Positions 14,768-27,900 of a DNA stretch of 64,000 nt are shown here, piece after piece. Below the pieces are notes generated by a model. The model had not been told where the DNA came from. It made no database searches and worked only from the letters and a program-made list of their open reading frames with translations. This stretch comes from Lama glama (lineage: Eukaryota), in NCBI GenBank assembly GCA_028534125.1, contig CM052816.1, positions 47,246,001 through 47,310,000 on the forward strand, in the 5' to 3' direction. Position 1 is the first letter of the stretch. Every line of letters starts with the position of its first letter. Both the position numbers and the translations under genes were made by a program.

Positions 14768-15800
14768 ACCTCAATTAACAAAAAAGGATATCCAAGTCAC
14801 ACTTTGAATTCAAATATCTGTGCCCTCGAAGGGCTGACAGCCAGAAGAAAACAAATACAAAGGAAAAAAAAAAAGCATATCAGAGTATCTTGTTTTAAAT
14901 ACTTCCTCTGTATTCTCAGGGTGAATTAATGATATTAATATTTAAAATTACAGAATAGATTGTTAACTGCTTTACTGTGGCATTGGAATTTTAATTCCTT
15001 GTGTTAGCAGAGGTAAGAGGGCGATCTACAAGTGTAATACTTCTGACTACCTTGGTTTACAGAAACCTCCAGCAGTCTCTGAAGCTTCTCATGTGACTCC
15101 AGTTATTGATTGATTGCTCTTTATGGTATTAAGGTACTGTTAATATTTGTAGTGGCTGCCTGTAGAACAATCTTCCAACTGAGCCATGCTTCAGGGGAGG
15201 GAAAGGAGCTAAAGTACTTCTGTTGGTGATATACCAGTCACTCTTTAAACAACAACAGCAAAATCCAACAGAAAGGAAGAAATAGCTACTGTATATTACA
15301 GTAAAAAAAAAACTGCATAATAATTTTAAATTTAATGGAGATGTACTTGCTTAATATCTACAAGTACTGCTGCTTGAGAGTAGCAAGAATATTGTTTTTA
15401 AATATATTCTGTCCATCTCGAGGGATCTTTTAAAATGATTGACTATATGAAGATGTGCAATCTTGCCATTAGGTTTGGATCTCTCATATTTTATTTTATT
15501 CTATGATCCTAAATATAGTTTTCTTTTTAATAGTCTAAAGATATTTATCAATATTGATCAGACTTTTAAAAAATTACTTTGTAATCCTGCTGACTACCTG
15601 TATGTATTGTATATATATATTATATATTAAATATATAATATATTGAGATTATTAAAGATGAAAATATTGGATTCTTATAATATTTTAAGTTGCTGACTGT
15701 ATGTTAAAATGTGATTGAATGAGATGTATTTGTATTGAGAAATTTTCTTTCTTTCTAGAATGAGATTAAAATACATTTTGAAAGTTCATCAGAGCAGGCA
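14768..15800 (+). other. TMEM161B: TMEM161B 3' UTR (3' end uncertain)
   Basis: AU-rich, repeat-free sequence after the stop codon, running to a candidate polyadenylation signal. Confidence 0.7.
15765..15770 (+). terminator. Candidate polyadenylation signal ATTAAA
   Basis: ATTAAA with UGUA elements upstream and a U/GU-rich tract (atttatttgtgttacctatgtgtg) about 30-55 nt downstream. Alternative AATAAA hexamers lie at 16037 and 16915. Confidence 0.5.
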
Positions 15801-16929
15801 ATTTATTTGTGTTACCTATGTGTGAGAGTACTTCAGATTTTATAAATATTTAGGTGAAAAGAAAAATTCTTTTTCTGTCATGTAGAAAATTCAGGACCTT
15901 TTCAACTGTTAGATCTAACAGTATCATTTAAACCCATGTTAAATAGGACTTGTTTCAAGTTTGTAGTGTTTAGAATTAGAAATACTAAATTTTATTTTAT
16001 AGGATAGAAATTGAGATAATTTGAATGAAAAATTCAAATAAATGTAAAAGAGTGAAAAAATTTTTGATGCTTTTTACATTGGGAATGAATATAAGAGATA
16101 AATAGGGTTTTTTTATTCCCTCCCCAATGAATAGAATTCAGGTAAATATTCTTTAATATAACTGTTTTGAGAGGCTATGTATTACATTTCAATGCTGTTA
16201 TCTCTAATGAAAGCAATTTCGAAATTCTTTTGGAATTACTTTCAAGGCTTGTGGTTCACATTCATTTGAATAATCTCAATATAGCAAATTCCGGTCTTCT
16301 AGTACAGATTAAATATTTTGGAAATAGTTGATATTTTAAATAAGACTGAGTAATAAGGTAAGTAATTAAGTTGGATAAAACTCTTTGGTTGAAATGAATT
16401 ATGAATATAGCATAGCGATAGTTCATGTATATTTCCAAAAGAAGCATTCCAAATATAAGATGTATCAGCATCACTAAAGTAAGTATCTTATAACAAGATT
16501 ACAGCAAAGTGTGATATTTATTTTGTATGTGACAAAAATTCCCTCATGATGGACCTGAAAAATAATCTCACCTGGTATTTGTAACTATTCTTATTAAAAA
16601 GCTAAATTGTGAAAATTTTAATTCAAATTATTATTTTGAGTTTCAAAAATTTTTCAGTGGAGTAACATTGGGGGAAGGGAATAGAATTCATTATTGGATA
16701 GAATAACATGTATTTCTAAAATTCTCCCTAAATATTCTATGAACTTGCACAAACTGCTTGTTAATTTAAGTAATGGGTTTGGTTTAGGTTTTTTTGCCCT
16801 TTCAAAGCAAATTTTAAGAGAATGATGGTTACTGCTACTAACTGGTTTATTTAAGCATGTGATTTTTGTACTAAGAATTAGTTCTTTAAGTGCAAAAAGA
16901 CTTGTACTTTATGTAATAAACCAAGTAAT

Positions 16930-17035
16930 ATTTTTTAAAAATTGAGATATAATTGGCATATAAAGTTGGATTCATTTTAGATGTACAACATAATGATTTT
17001 TAATACATGTATATATTGCAAAATGATTGCAAATA
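16930..17035 (-). mobile_element. Short L1 3'-end fragment (L1MA-like)
   Basis: aattgagatataattggcatataa...atgtacaacataatgattt...tatatattgcaaaatgatt, flanked by a degenerate direct repeat (caagtaatattttt / caaatagtattttt). Confidence 0.6.
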
Positions 17036-18589
17036 GTATTTTTGAATATGCTAAATTAGGCCAGTGAAATTCTTTTATTTTTTACAATGGACTCTAGTCA
17101 GTAAAAATGCTTCAAAGATCAGTTATTTTTATTTTATATTTTTGCCAAAGTAACTAAGAACCGTTATAATCATGCTTCCTATGATTTGTAGAATGTTACT
17201 TGACAATTTGTTGATTCCTGCCCCCACCCCCCGACCGTTGTAAAAATTAGAGCTCTATTCTCCCTCCAACCTCCGTTGATTTGTTTGAAATGAAAAGCAT
17301 ATAATTTTATCTTAACATTGTATGCATTTTGATTATCTTTGGTATTTACCTTAGAATTTCAGTAGCAATGCACAAATGACCAACACATCTAAGCAGTATA
17401 GGCTCATTGTCTTATTGTTTCTGATATAAATATCATTGGCAAAATAGAGACATTTCTTCTTGAGTTATGATTCAGAAGAGATACTCATCCATTAATGGAA
17501 TTGACAGGTCCAGGAAGCAATAAGTAGAATTCATTATGTAATCTATAATTGGAACTTCACTGGGTAGTTTTTATTCTTTCAAGTAAAAGATTAAATTCTC
17601 AGTATTGCAAAGCATAGGGTCTCAGCATTCTCTGAATTCATACACACTTTCTGAGCCATCTCATAATTGAAAATGGTCTATCATGGTATATGGCTCTATT
17701 TAGCAAAATAAAACTAAGTGATATTTGAATGTGGACCATCCTGTGTCTTCACAGAGCTTTAGGTGGCTTAAAGAATCAGATTTAAACACACTTGGGATTC
17801 TCGAGCTTGAACCAGGTGTCATACAATCTCATGTTTTAAATCCCATTTGTCCAATTACGTGTGTAGCTGAGCTGGTTATATGCCATGAAAACTCTAACAG
17901 GGACATTAAGAATGATTTTAAAAAAGCTAAAGTCAACCTTTCCCTTCTTTAAAATGGTAAACATTTAACTTATTTTTGTTCCTGACAGAAAGGAAAAACC
18001 AGATGTAGCCTGTTCATATGCTCGTCTTTTGTTACCATCAGACTCCTTTTTAGCTACAAACTATTACATTGGATGGGCCTACCTTTAATGATTCGTACGA
18101 TGCGTATTTTTCTATCCCATTGTTAAGTTTTTTGTTTGTTTTTCTTTTTTTTCTTGTCACTCCTTGTATGTAGGTTATTCTCCTTTCTTCTGTTTGGCGA
18201 AAGACTACTCATTTTATTAAATGAAGTAGCAAGAGTGTTTTGTGGCAAGAATGTTAATCCAAGAATCAAGAAACATTTCTTCTCATCCCATTTCTGTCTG
18301 CAACTAGCCATTTTTTGCACTTATTAGGCATTTAACCTATACTAATTAAGTAAAACCGAAATGTCACTATTGGCCACAATTTTATATGTAAAATGGTTTA
18401 CATTAAATTTATGGCTATATATTTCTAAATTAAATATTGATTCCTCTTTGTATTAGCATGAGAAAAGTGAACAGCTATTTTTGGCTTCAGGAGTGTTAGA
18501 GGACATGTTAGAGGACTTTTTTTTTTTTTTTGTTAGTTGAAAATGATTTTACAGAGAATATTTTCTCCAAGAATATTTTGGTTTGTACT

Positions 18590-18920
18590 CATTTAATTAT
18601 TTGTTGAATAAATATGTACTAAGCGCCTATATAGTATTTCAGAAGCTGCCCGATATACAGCAGTGGACAAAACGTTAAAATCCCTGCCCTCCAGGAGCTT
18701 AGAGTCTAGTGAAGAGGTGCAGACATTAAACAAGGATGAGTATGAATCCATGTGTAGGATATGTTGGACAGTGATGAATCTAATGAGCAGGGGTGACAGA
18801 ATCAGGGAAGGGGGACTATGATATTGAAGAGTAGGGATAAAGTTATAATTTTAAATGGAGCATCAAGGGAAATCCTCACTGAGAAGATGATTTCTGAGTA
18901 ATGACTGAAGGAAATGAGTA
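18590..18920 (-). mobile_element. L2 LINE fragment
   Basis: aataaatatgtactaagcgcctat...cagtggacaaaa...tccctgccctccaggagcttagagtctagtg...ctcactgagaagatga. Confidence 0.75.
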
Positions 18921-19899
18921 CCACTGTAGTGCTTTTTCATATATCACTGTAGTTAACTGATCAACAGAACATCTTGATTGCTTGGACTTTGCTAAGTGTG
19001 AGGTCAGTAAAGAAATTTTTTAAAAGATGGACAGTATTGTATATTCCCCTTTTCAGTTGGTGCGCAGGAAGGATTAAGGCCATTTAGTTAAATGCTGCTT
19101 GTTTACTAATGAACTAAAACATGCAACAAATATAATCTCCCAAGTCCATTTTTTATAATTTTTCTGTCAAGTGCTTTTTAACTTAATTTGGACATTTTTA
19201 CTTGTTATTCAGTAGAACTTTTAAAGACTCAAAGGATTTCAAAGGAGTTGAAGATGTGTCCATTTTGCAGACAGTATGATGTGTCTACATGGCAGATAAA
19301 TTTTACTCATCGGTCTTTAATCTGTCATACAATGTATTACACAGAGGTAGTTATGTAAAGGGTAACGTAAGGAAAGATAAATTTGGATTAATAACATCTT
19401 ATCAAAATGTATAGCAATCTATACAAAAATTAGCTTTAACATTATTTAATTTAGAATGCATTTTCTCCCTATAATTCTACAGTGAAACAATTTATACTTA
19501 TGAAAAGGAAATTCCAAAAGACCAAACAAATGAAACCATGTGAGTAGGATTACATTAAATAAGTAGCAATGAAAAGACATAAGAATTACTGTAATAGTGT
19601 TTTATTTACTCTACATAAATATACTTACTTGTCCTTTCATTTCTACTTTTAACAATTCCTTAGAGCATGAAATGTAATTTTTTTCCCACATATTTAGATT
19701 TCTGCCATTGTGGTAGATGGTCTGTGTACCTGTTCTAGATGAGTGGCTGATGTCTAAAGTTGATACTCTGTCAATTTAATAGTCTGTTGAAACTGAATAT
19801 CAACATTAGAGAAATAATTGAATTATAGTAATAAATATAAGGATTTAACTCAAAATGTTTTAATCATTAAAAATTTTTTAATTTAGTAAAATTTTAAAA

Positions 19900-22800
19900 G
19901 CAACATTGCAACAGTAGAGAAAGCAGAGTTATTTCAACTATTGGCGTTAGACTAATTGTATATCCATATTTTTAAAAAATGAGCCTCAATCCCTATCTCA
20001 TACTACACACAAAAATTAATTCAGGAGGGATAGTATATGTTATTGTAAAAGGAAAAACCATAAAAATTTTAGAGTAAATCATAAGAGAGTAGTTTAATAA
20101 TTTAAGGAGTAGACAAAGGTTTCTTAGGATACAAAAAAACACCATAGAATTTATTTTAATGATAAAATATATACCATAGAAATTTAAAGTTTCTACTCAT
20201 CAAAAAACCTGTTAAGAAAATAGACATATCATAGCTTGATAAAATACTTGCAAAACATGAGACAAAGAGCTGATTTTCAAGATACATAAAAAATTTTCAA
20301 AAAAATTTAAAGAATAGGCAAGAAATTTAAATGGATAATTCACAGTTAACCAAAAAGCATATGTAAAAGTGCTTAACTTCTAGCAATGTTATTATGATGA
20401 TCCTTGTTATAGGTTCTTACATTTCTTGACACTGAGTTCATTGAGGTTCTTAGATCATTAGGTTTTTATCTCAGATTGAGTTAAAGACTGACTAATTTTT
20501 CCATCCTGAAGAAAGTAGTAGAAATGCAGTTGTAATGTATTATTGGATTTTACAGTAATTTTTTGATTGCTCCTTCTTCAGAAGAAAGTGTTGAAAGAAA
20601 AGAGTGTTAGATCTTTAAAAGTTAGGATGGTTGCATGAAATGTTAAGTAATAGCACTACTTAGGTCAAGCACGAAAGGCTTTTCAATTACACGATCAGAC
20701 ATATGGAGTAAATTTAATAATACTTTTGCCTTTTTAAGTGTTGATTCTGCTTGGAAGTATTAAAGTTCTTGGCGGAAATAGTGAATTGCAGTTTTAGCAT
20801 TTTAAGTGGAAGACTACTGACTAGTCTTGTCACTTTATTGGAGAATTTGGAAGTACCATGTTTGTAATTGTTCAGCTGGCTTGTAAAATGAGAAAAATTT
20901 TTGTCTGTTATTTAAAAAACTGATAATGTCCCACAACTCATTGACACTCTTGATTTTCTCCCAGTCCTCCCTGCCACCGTCCTGCCCGCCCCCACCATTT
21001 CATTTTGAATAGTTTTTATTGCTGTTATATTGAAGTTCACTACTTTTTTTTTTTCGATATCTAATCTGGTGTTTAACTCATCCAGTGTATTTTTTATGTC
21101 ATGTATATATTTTCAATCTCCGGAGGTTCAATTTAGGTCTTTTTTTTTCCCTCCATGTCTCTAACGTACTCATACTCTCTTAAACATATAGAATATAGTT
21201 ATAATAACTGATTCGGTGTCCTTGCCTACTCATGTTATCTTCATGTCACTTTGGAACTTGTGTCTACTGATTGATTTTCCTTCTCGTTGTGGTTTACATT
21301 CCTGAAAATCTTTTGACTGGATGCCAGGCACTGCATTTTGCGTTGTTGGGTAGTGGATATTTTTGTTTTTCTTTATTTCTGAGCTTTGTTCTGGAATGCA
21401 GCTAAGTTGTTAGTAAACCTCAGAGACAATTTTCTTTCAAGGCTTGCTTTTAAGGTGAGAGCAGCCTTTCACTGAGTGTTAATTTTTACCCATTACTGAG
21501 GAAATACCCTCTTCTGAGTATACCATCAATGCTCCATGCTTTGCAAAGTTTTCTCATTCTGGCTAATGGGAACATGAGCTATTCCACCCCTCTTTGAGTC
21601 TTGAGGATTTTCTGCCTGTTCCTTTCTGATGGTTCTTTCCCCAGTTTTGGATCATTTCCTCAAATGCGTCCATTGATCAGAACTCAGCTGAAGGTGTAAA
21701 GGAACTCTTTGCAGCTCTCCCTTCTGGGAACTCTTCTCTGATTTCTAGTTGCCTCACTGGATTCTCACAAGTCACAGAGACCCCTGGGCTGAGTTTAGGT
21801 TTTTCCCCTCCCCAGCTCTGTGGCTTGAATGCTTCAGTCAGTAATCTGGAGCAGAGTTCACCTCATAATTTTTCTTCTCTCAGGGATCACCTGTCCCATG
21901 CTGCCTGTTCAGTATCTGAAAACTGTTGTTTCACGTATCTTGTTCAGTTTTTCAGTTCTGTAAAATGGAAGAGTACGCACGCTCCCTGTTAACCTCACCT
22001 TGGCTGGAAGTGGAAGGCGCCGGTTTCTGAGTTTTAATTTTTTACTGGAGACTTTTTGTTTCCCCCAAGATTCTGTTCAGAGACAGCCTTCCATTCATGT
22101 AGTATTTTAAAAGATGTGTCTCTCAACATCACTTGTCATTAGGGAAATGCTTGTTAAAACCACAATTAGATACCATGATTTACCCACTGAAATGGCTGAA
22201 ATTAAAAACTCTGGCACCACAAAATGGAGACAAGAATATGAAGCAACTGAAGCTTTCATGCTTTGTGATTCAGCTGCACTGGAAATGATACAACCCCTTT
22301 ACTAAAAGTTGTATTTTTTTTTTATAAAACTAAAGACATAGCTACCAAAGACATAGTGTTTACCCAAGAGAAATAAAAACACATTCACAAAAAAGCTTGT
22401 TAAGAATATTCATAGCAGCTTTATTCAGCCCAGGGGTCCATCAGTAGTAGAATAGATGAACACATTGGTATATGTGTGCAATGGCATACTGCTCAGCTGA
22501 GTAATGAGTAGTAATACCTGCCTAGTGACTTCCTTACCAAGAGCACAGTATGGAAGGGGGCAAAAGAGCTAACTTTACAGTGGACAGACCTGACAAACAT
22601 CACCTTAGCCAACTGATCAAGGTTAACATCAATGACTAGTTAATAGTATGTACCCTTAATATAATGTGATGAGAATGGCACACTACCTCTGTGATCTTCC
22701 TCCCTAAAATCCCTAACTCTAATCATAAGAAGATAACACAAATTCCAAATGAGGGCCATTCTACAAAATACCTGACCAGTATGTCTCAGAACTTTCCAAG

Positions 22801-23130
22801 AATACCAAACACAAGAAAATTTTGAGGAACTGTTAGAGCCAAGAGGAGACTAAGGAGACATAATGACTAAATGAAATGTGATATCCTAGATGGGGCCCTG
22901 GAAGAGAAAAAGGACATTAGGTAAAAGGTAAGAAAATCTGAATAAAGTATAGACTTTAGATAATAACAATGTACAGTACTGGTTCATTAATTGAGATAAA
23001 ATACCATACTAATATCAGATGGTAACAATAGGAGCAACTGGCCTTGGGGAACGTAGAGCTCTCTGTAATATCTTTGCAATTTTTCTGTAAATCTAAAACT
23101 TCTAAAATCTAAGTTTATTTAAAAACATGT
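19900..23130. mobile_element. Cluster of old, nested L1 fragments (L1ME/L1MC/L1MD-like)
   Basis: + strand L1 ORF2-end/3' sequence at about 19930-20380 resumes at about 22110 (aacatcacttgtcattagggaaatgc) and continues as an L1MC/MD-like 3' UTR to about 23125. A - strand L1-like block lies at about 21000-22020. Confidence 0.65.
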
Positions 23131-24604
23131 AAATATTAGATTCCAGGAATGCCAAGTAAGAACAGCTCATAGTTGGGTTTCTGAATGTAATGGACAATGT
23201 AATATGTTTTTCATGAAGCTACATGGATACAGTTTAAAAGACTTATTTTTTATAAGATTGTTTCTAGAGTTTGCGACGTTAAAATATCTTTTGCTTTGAA
23301 ATGATGCTAATACTAAATTTGGTCTGCTACTTACACTACTACAATGAAAAGTTTATTAGTGAAATAAATGAATGCATAAATGAGCATTCAATGAAATAAA
23401 AAGTCTGAGAGCCATAGACTTTACCAGTTCAGTTCCTGAAAAGTCTCAGAGACATTTGCTCTTCCTCCTGGGTAGAGCCAAAATACTATTGTTTTATGGT
23501 GTTTCTCTTACATCTGCCTCAGCATATTTTTAAGAGTCTACATGGGTTTTTGATACTTTCTGGCACTCTTGAGCAAAGGAGATAAAAGCAGAAGAACCAA
23601 ATAGAATAAAAGCAAAGAGTTCTCACAGTTTCATCTGACACCCAGTGGTGAAAGGTAATGCCAGTGTCTTCCAAAGTTCAGAATCCAAGAAAAGAGCTCT
23701 TATCAACGAAGTAGAAAATGAAGACTGAAGAGTATGGCACCTCAGGACAATGGACTCAGAAGGTGAGTGGTAGAAATCTCTCCATAATGAAGCCCAAAAA
23801 AGGTTAACCCTGGGGTTTTATTGTGGGCTTTAGGGTGGAGTGAGCTGGGGTTTTTTTCCTTCCTAGATTACATGGGTCGAAAACTCCACTGACTAATCTT
23901 TTGAGGTTATCTGAAAATAATCTAAACCCCCATCAACTATTACAGCTGCTGTTAGCTTGTGTGGTAACAGTTAACATTAAAAAAGCAGGACAAGGTTTCA
24001 AGTGTTCTCATTATTAGTCATACCTCTGTGAACTCGGTGTATGTTTTAGTGATGTGTATCCATTATTCAGATGTGCATTTGTTTGCCCAGCAAACGTTTA
24101 GTAGTTACCATTTGCCACTGTGATGTGTGCTGTGCATATGAATGTGAGCAAGACAGCCTTTGCCTTAAAGTGGCTTCTAATCTATTTGAGAGACATGATT
24201 GCCATACAGTATGGTAAGTGCTTTGTTAAGGATTAATGTAAGTTTGATTTTTAGGCAAAACTTAGTGAAGGACAAAAGCTGCCTTGAAAGTTGGAGTTTG
24301 TGAGGCTGAATGGCTAAATGTTAAAATCAAAATGTTACGGGATATCAATATTCATAATGTAAAGAGCAATCAAGGCAGAGACTTCAAATCTAGCAGTTGG
24401 AATAATATTGAAAAGAAAAGATGTATTCTAGAATCATATATATGGGGATAACAATATGAAACATTATTTAAACCACTGTTGTAGAGGTCTGGGAATCTGA
24501 ATTATAAATTTACTTTGAGCAGGAATGCTTGTAAGATGAAGGAAGAAAATAGATGATCTGTCTCAGAATTCCTTTCCTAAAACTTTTTTTGTCTAATTTA
24601 TCAG

Positions 24605-24855
24605 TTTTGTTTATTTTATTTTTATTTTTAAATTGAGGTAACATTGATTTATATATTACATTGCATATTTATATACCATATCTTTATTCATCCGTCAGTG
24701 GGCGCTTAGGCTGTTCTCATATCTTGACTGTTGTAAATAATGCTGTGATGAACATAGGGATGCACATATCTTTTCAGACCAGTGTTTCTGTGTTATTTGG
24801 ATAAAAACCCAGAAGAGGAATAGCTAGGCCATGTGGTAGTTCTGTTCTCAAATTA
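24605..24855 (-). mobile_element. L1 fragment (3' end, internally deleted)
   Basis: T-rich tail then aattgaggtaacattg; atcttgactgttgtaaataatgctgtgatgaacatagggatgcacatatc...ggtagttct. Confidence 0.8.
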
Positions 24856-25428
24856 TTTCGTGACAACCCTGCATGGAAGGCATCGTTACCCTGCTAATAC
24901 AGCAGAGGAAACAGGGCCACGTGAGGTGGAAGGGCTGGGACTGGAATCAGTCTTTCCTTCCCTAGATCCTTTCACCTGCATATTCTTACCTACAAGGTAG
25001 CCCTAATTATCATCAGTCTGGTGGTTACGGACAGAAACTGGACAAAGGAACCATTTCTAACAGAGGAACTTTTAAAAGTAGCTTCCAGGGACCCTTGAAG
25101 TTAGGCCAGTTTTTAGGAAGCTGCCTCCAGGGACCACATAGTAAGAGGAAAACTATTAAAATAATAATTCTGTAAGCCTCCTGAGAGATATGGCAGCTTC
25201 CCTAGGCCTGATTTTTCTCTGATAACTGGGAAAGTGGTAAACAGATTTGACATGTGGAGAGAGCTGATTGGATGGATGAAGACCTTACATCTAGTTGGGT
25301 GAGTCTGGAGGGCTATCTAGGAAAGGAAAGACACTGATTCCACTCCCAGCCCTTCCACTTCATGTGGCCCCATTTCCTCTGCTTTATTAGGATGATAATG
25401 ATGGCTTCCATGCAGGGTTGTCACAAAA
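24856..25428. repeat. Inverted repeat, ~112 bp arms (24856-24967 and 25315-25428), ~350 bp spacer
   Basis: Manual alignment of arm 1 with the reverse complement of arm 2 gives about 13 mismatches and one 2-nt gap. Confidence 0.92.
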
Positions 25429-25499
25429 CTAAAATTGAAATGATCGATGACTGATGCACAGAAGATCAGGGCTTCATAATCTGAGGTACATGAACGGCC

Positions 25500-25640
25500 T
25501 TGAGAAGGCAGGATGCTCAGCAAACTCCTTAAAACTTCGTGCAAATATTTCTGTGTAAATATTTTGAGGAGAAAGTAGTTCATAACTTTCATCAAATTCT
25601 CAAAGAGATCTGTGACTAAAAGTAGATTAAGAATCATTGA
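25500..25640. mobile_element. hAT-Charlie (MER-type) DNA transposon fragment
   Basis: ttcataactttcatcaaattctcaaagagatctgtgac...ttaagaatcattg, a Charlie-like terminus. Confidence 0.55.
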
Positions 25641-26689
25641 GATAGGAGCTCATTTCTGTTTGAGAATGAGTTGCAAAGGGGAAAGTGTGAAATTCTCTAG
25701 ACCAGCCATCAAAAAGTAAAAGAGCTTGGGCAGAGGAGAGTGAGGTTATAGAGGAGAAATAATCAAGTTGACACTGAGTAAAGTAATTCCACATTTCTAC
25801 TGAGTACTCAGCGCTATTCGTACTTTATAAATACATTTCTCTGATGAAAAGAGTATAAAATGTTTTGCTCTTTTTCATGCTATGAGAATAGGTCTGATAT
25901 CTTTTCAGTGTAAGTAGTTAAAAATAAAACATTGGAGTGAGACTTTAAAAACTAAAACGTAGTCCTGGCCCTACATCTTAAAAATTACGTGAATTTGAGC
26001 AAGTCATTTGCCTCAGTTTTCATGAGTATAAAATAGTAGAGGTCAACTACTTCCTAACTATCATGCTTAAAAATTAACTAGCAAGTGAAAATATATTGAA
26101 TTCCTTTGAGAGAAGGAGCTATTTAAAAATCTAGATGTTATAGCATAGTTTCCTTTTGAAATTTAATGTAGTCTTTGTACCTTTTAGCAATAATGATACC
26201 TCCAATTCATTTTAATCATTTATTGAAGAGCTTAAATTATTGGTATCTGTAGTTTAAAGCTCTGTGGCGTTGGTGGTGGGCATCATAAATAATCAGTTTC
26301 TTTGCATGTCTGGTGGTTTTTACAGGGTTGTATCATACCAGTGGTATCCTATTGTCAGATCCAAAATCTCGATGCCCCACAGCACACACACTCATTCACC
26401 CAGCACCCAGCAAATCCGAAGCATCGTTGCATCCTTAGCACAAAGATCACCTTCTTAGAGGGGACCTTCTTTCAATCTCTACAGTTCGACGGCTTCCTCT
26501 CTTGCTCTTAAAATGACTGGTTCAACTCTTGTTTTCCCTGCCAGGCTATAAGCACTAAGTGGCAGGAACTGAGGGTTTTTTTCCTACTCCTATATCCCTA
26601 GGACTTAGCAAACAGCCTGATTTATAACAAACCCTTAAAAAAAGATTATTATCACTGTTATTTTGAAGCTATCTCAAATTTACATCTAA

Positions 26690-27900
26690 GTTTCAAGTAC
26701 AGTATACAAAGGACATTTTTAAAAATTTGCTGAACATAGTACATTGCACGCAGAATGCCCCTTCACACAGTAACACTTCAGTGTTTTTCCTTGCCAAAGA
26801 CATTCTCCTAAATAATAACAATAAAACCGTCAAAATCAGAAATTTGCCATTGATACATGACTTCCACCTAAACTTCAGCCCGCGGTGAGTTTTCGCCAGT
26901 TGTCCCAGTAATGTCCAGTATGTGATCCACTGCAGAGTCATTCCCTGAGTTTAGTTATCATGCCCTTTAATCTGAAGTAGCTCATTAATCTTTTCTTAGC
27001 TTTCATGGTCTTAACCATTTTGAAGACTATACACCAGTTATTTTATGGAGGGACCCTCAATTTGGAATTGTCTGTTTCCTTATGAGTAAATTCAGGTTAT
27101 TCACCTTTGGCAGGATTATTAGAGAAGTGGAGTCTTGCTTTCCTCACCGTATCCATCAGCTGACACAATTACTGATATCATGTTCCCTGCCATCCTTGAT
27201 TAAGGCAGTATCTGCCACCGTAAAGATGTTTTTATCATTTTGTAATTAACAAGAATTTTGTGGCGAGGGACCTTGAAGCAATATAAATATCCTGGTCCTC
27301 ACCAAACTTGTAATTCACTCTTTAAATTATATGGACCCATATTTGTTAAATGAGTCATTACCTTTTACCATCATTACTTATTTTGATACTCATATTGTCC
27401 CAGATGTTGCCAGCGGAGGTTCCTTCAAGCTGGCATCTACTATCTTTTGACAGGTCCCTGAGCTCTTCCTTACTTTCTGGCACAGCAGGATATTCCAGAC
27501 TCATCTTATACTTTCCCTATCCTGGGATCTATCATTTCTCTAAGAAATCCTGGTTTCTTTTCTTGGAAAATGACATTTAGAAACCATGAGTTGAGCATTT
27601 AGTTCTGTTTCTTGTTTTTAGATTGTCGCTGTTCCCAAGCCCTCTCACTGGCCAGCGGATAGAGCTGTGGAAAATACGAGGACGAGTGCGCACACACAAA
27701 TGAAAACATACATACACACATATACTATTATATTTATTTTCAAATCCACCAATTTATACTGATAACCATGGCAGTTCCCCCACTTCCCGGCCTGGATGCC
27801 TACCTTGCTCAGCCCATCTGGTGCCTCTGTGCAGTAAGAGGGTGGGATCAAAGATGACTTTTTAAATGTCTGATTAAAAACTAACTTAAGATGTTACTGA
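26690..27900 (-). mobile_element. Old L1 (L1MC-like) 3' fragments
   Basis: atacatgacttccacctaaacttcagc; gccagttgtcccagtaatgtcc; ggatattccagactcatcttatactttccct. Confidence 0.6.

Noticed and set aside
18494..18531. 11 bp tandem duplication (tgttagaggac) followed by poly(T)
   Set aside because: Probably simple slippage; no element body between the copies.
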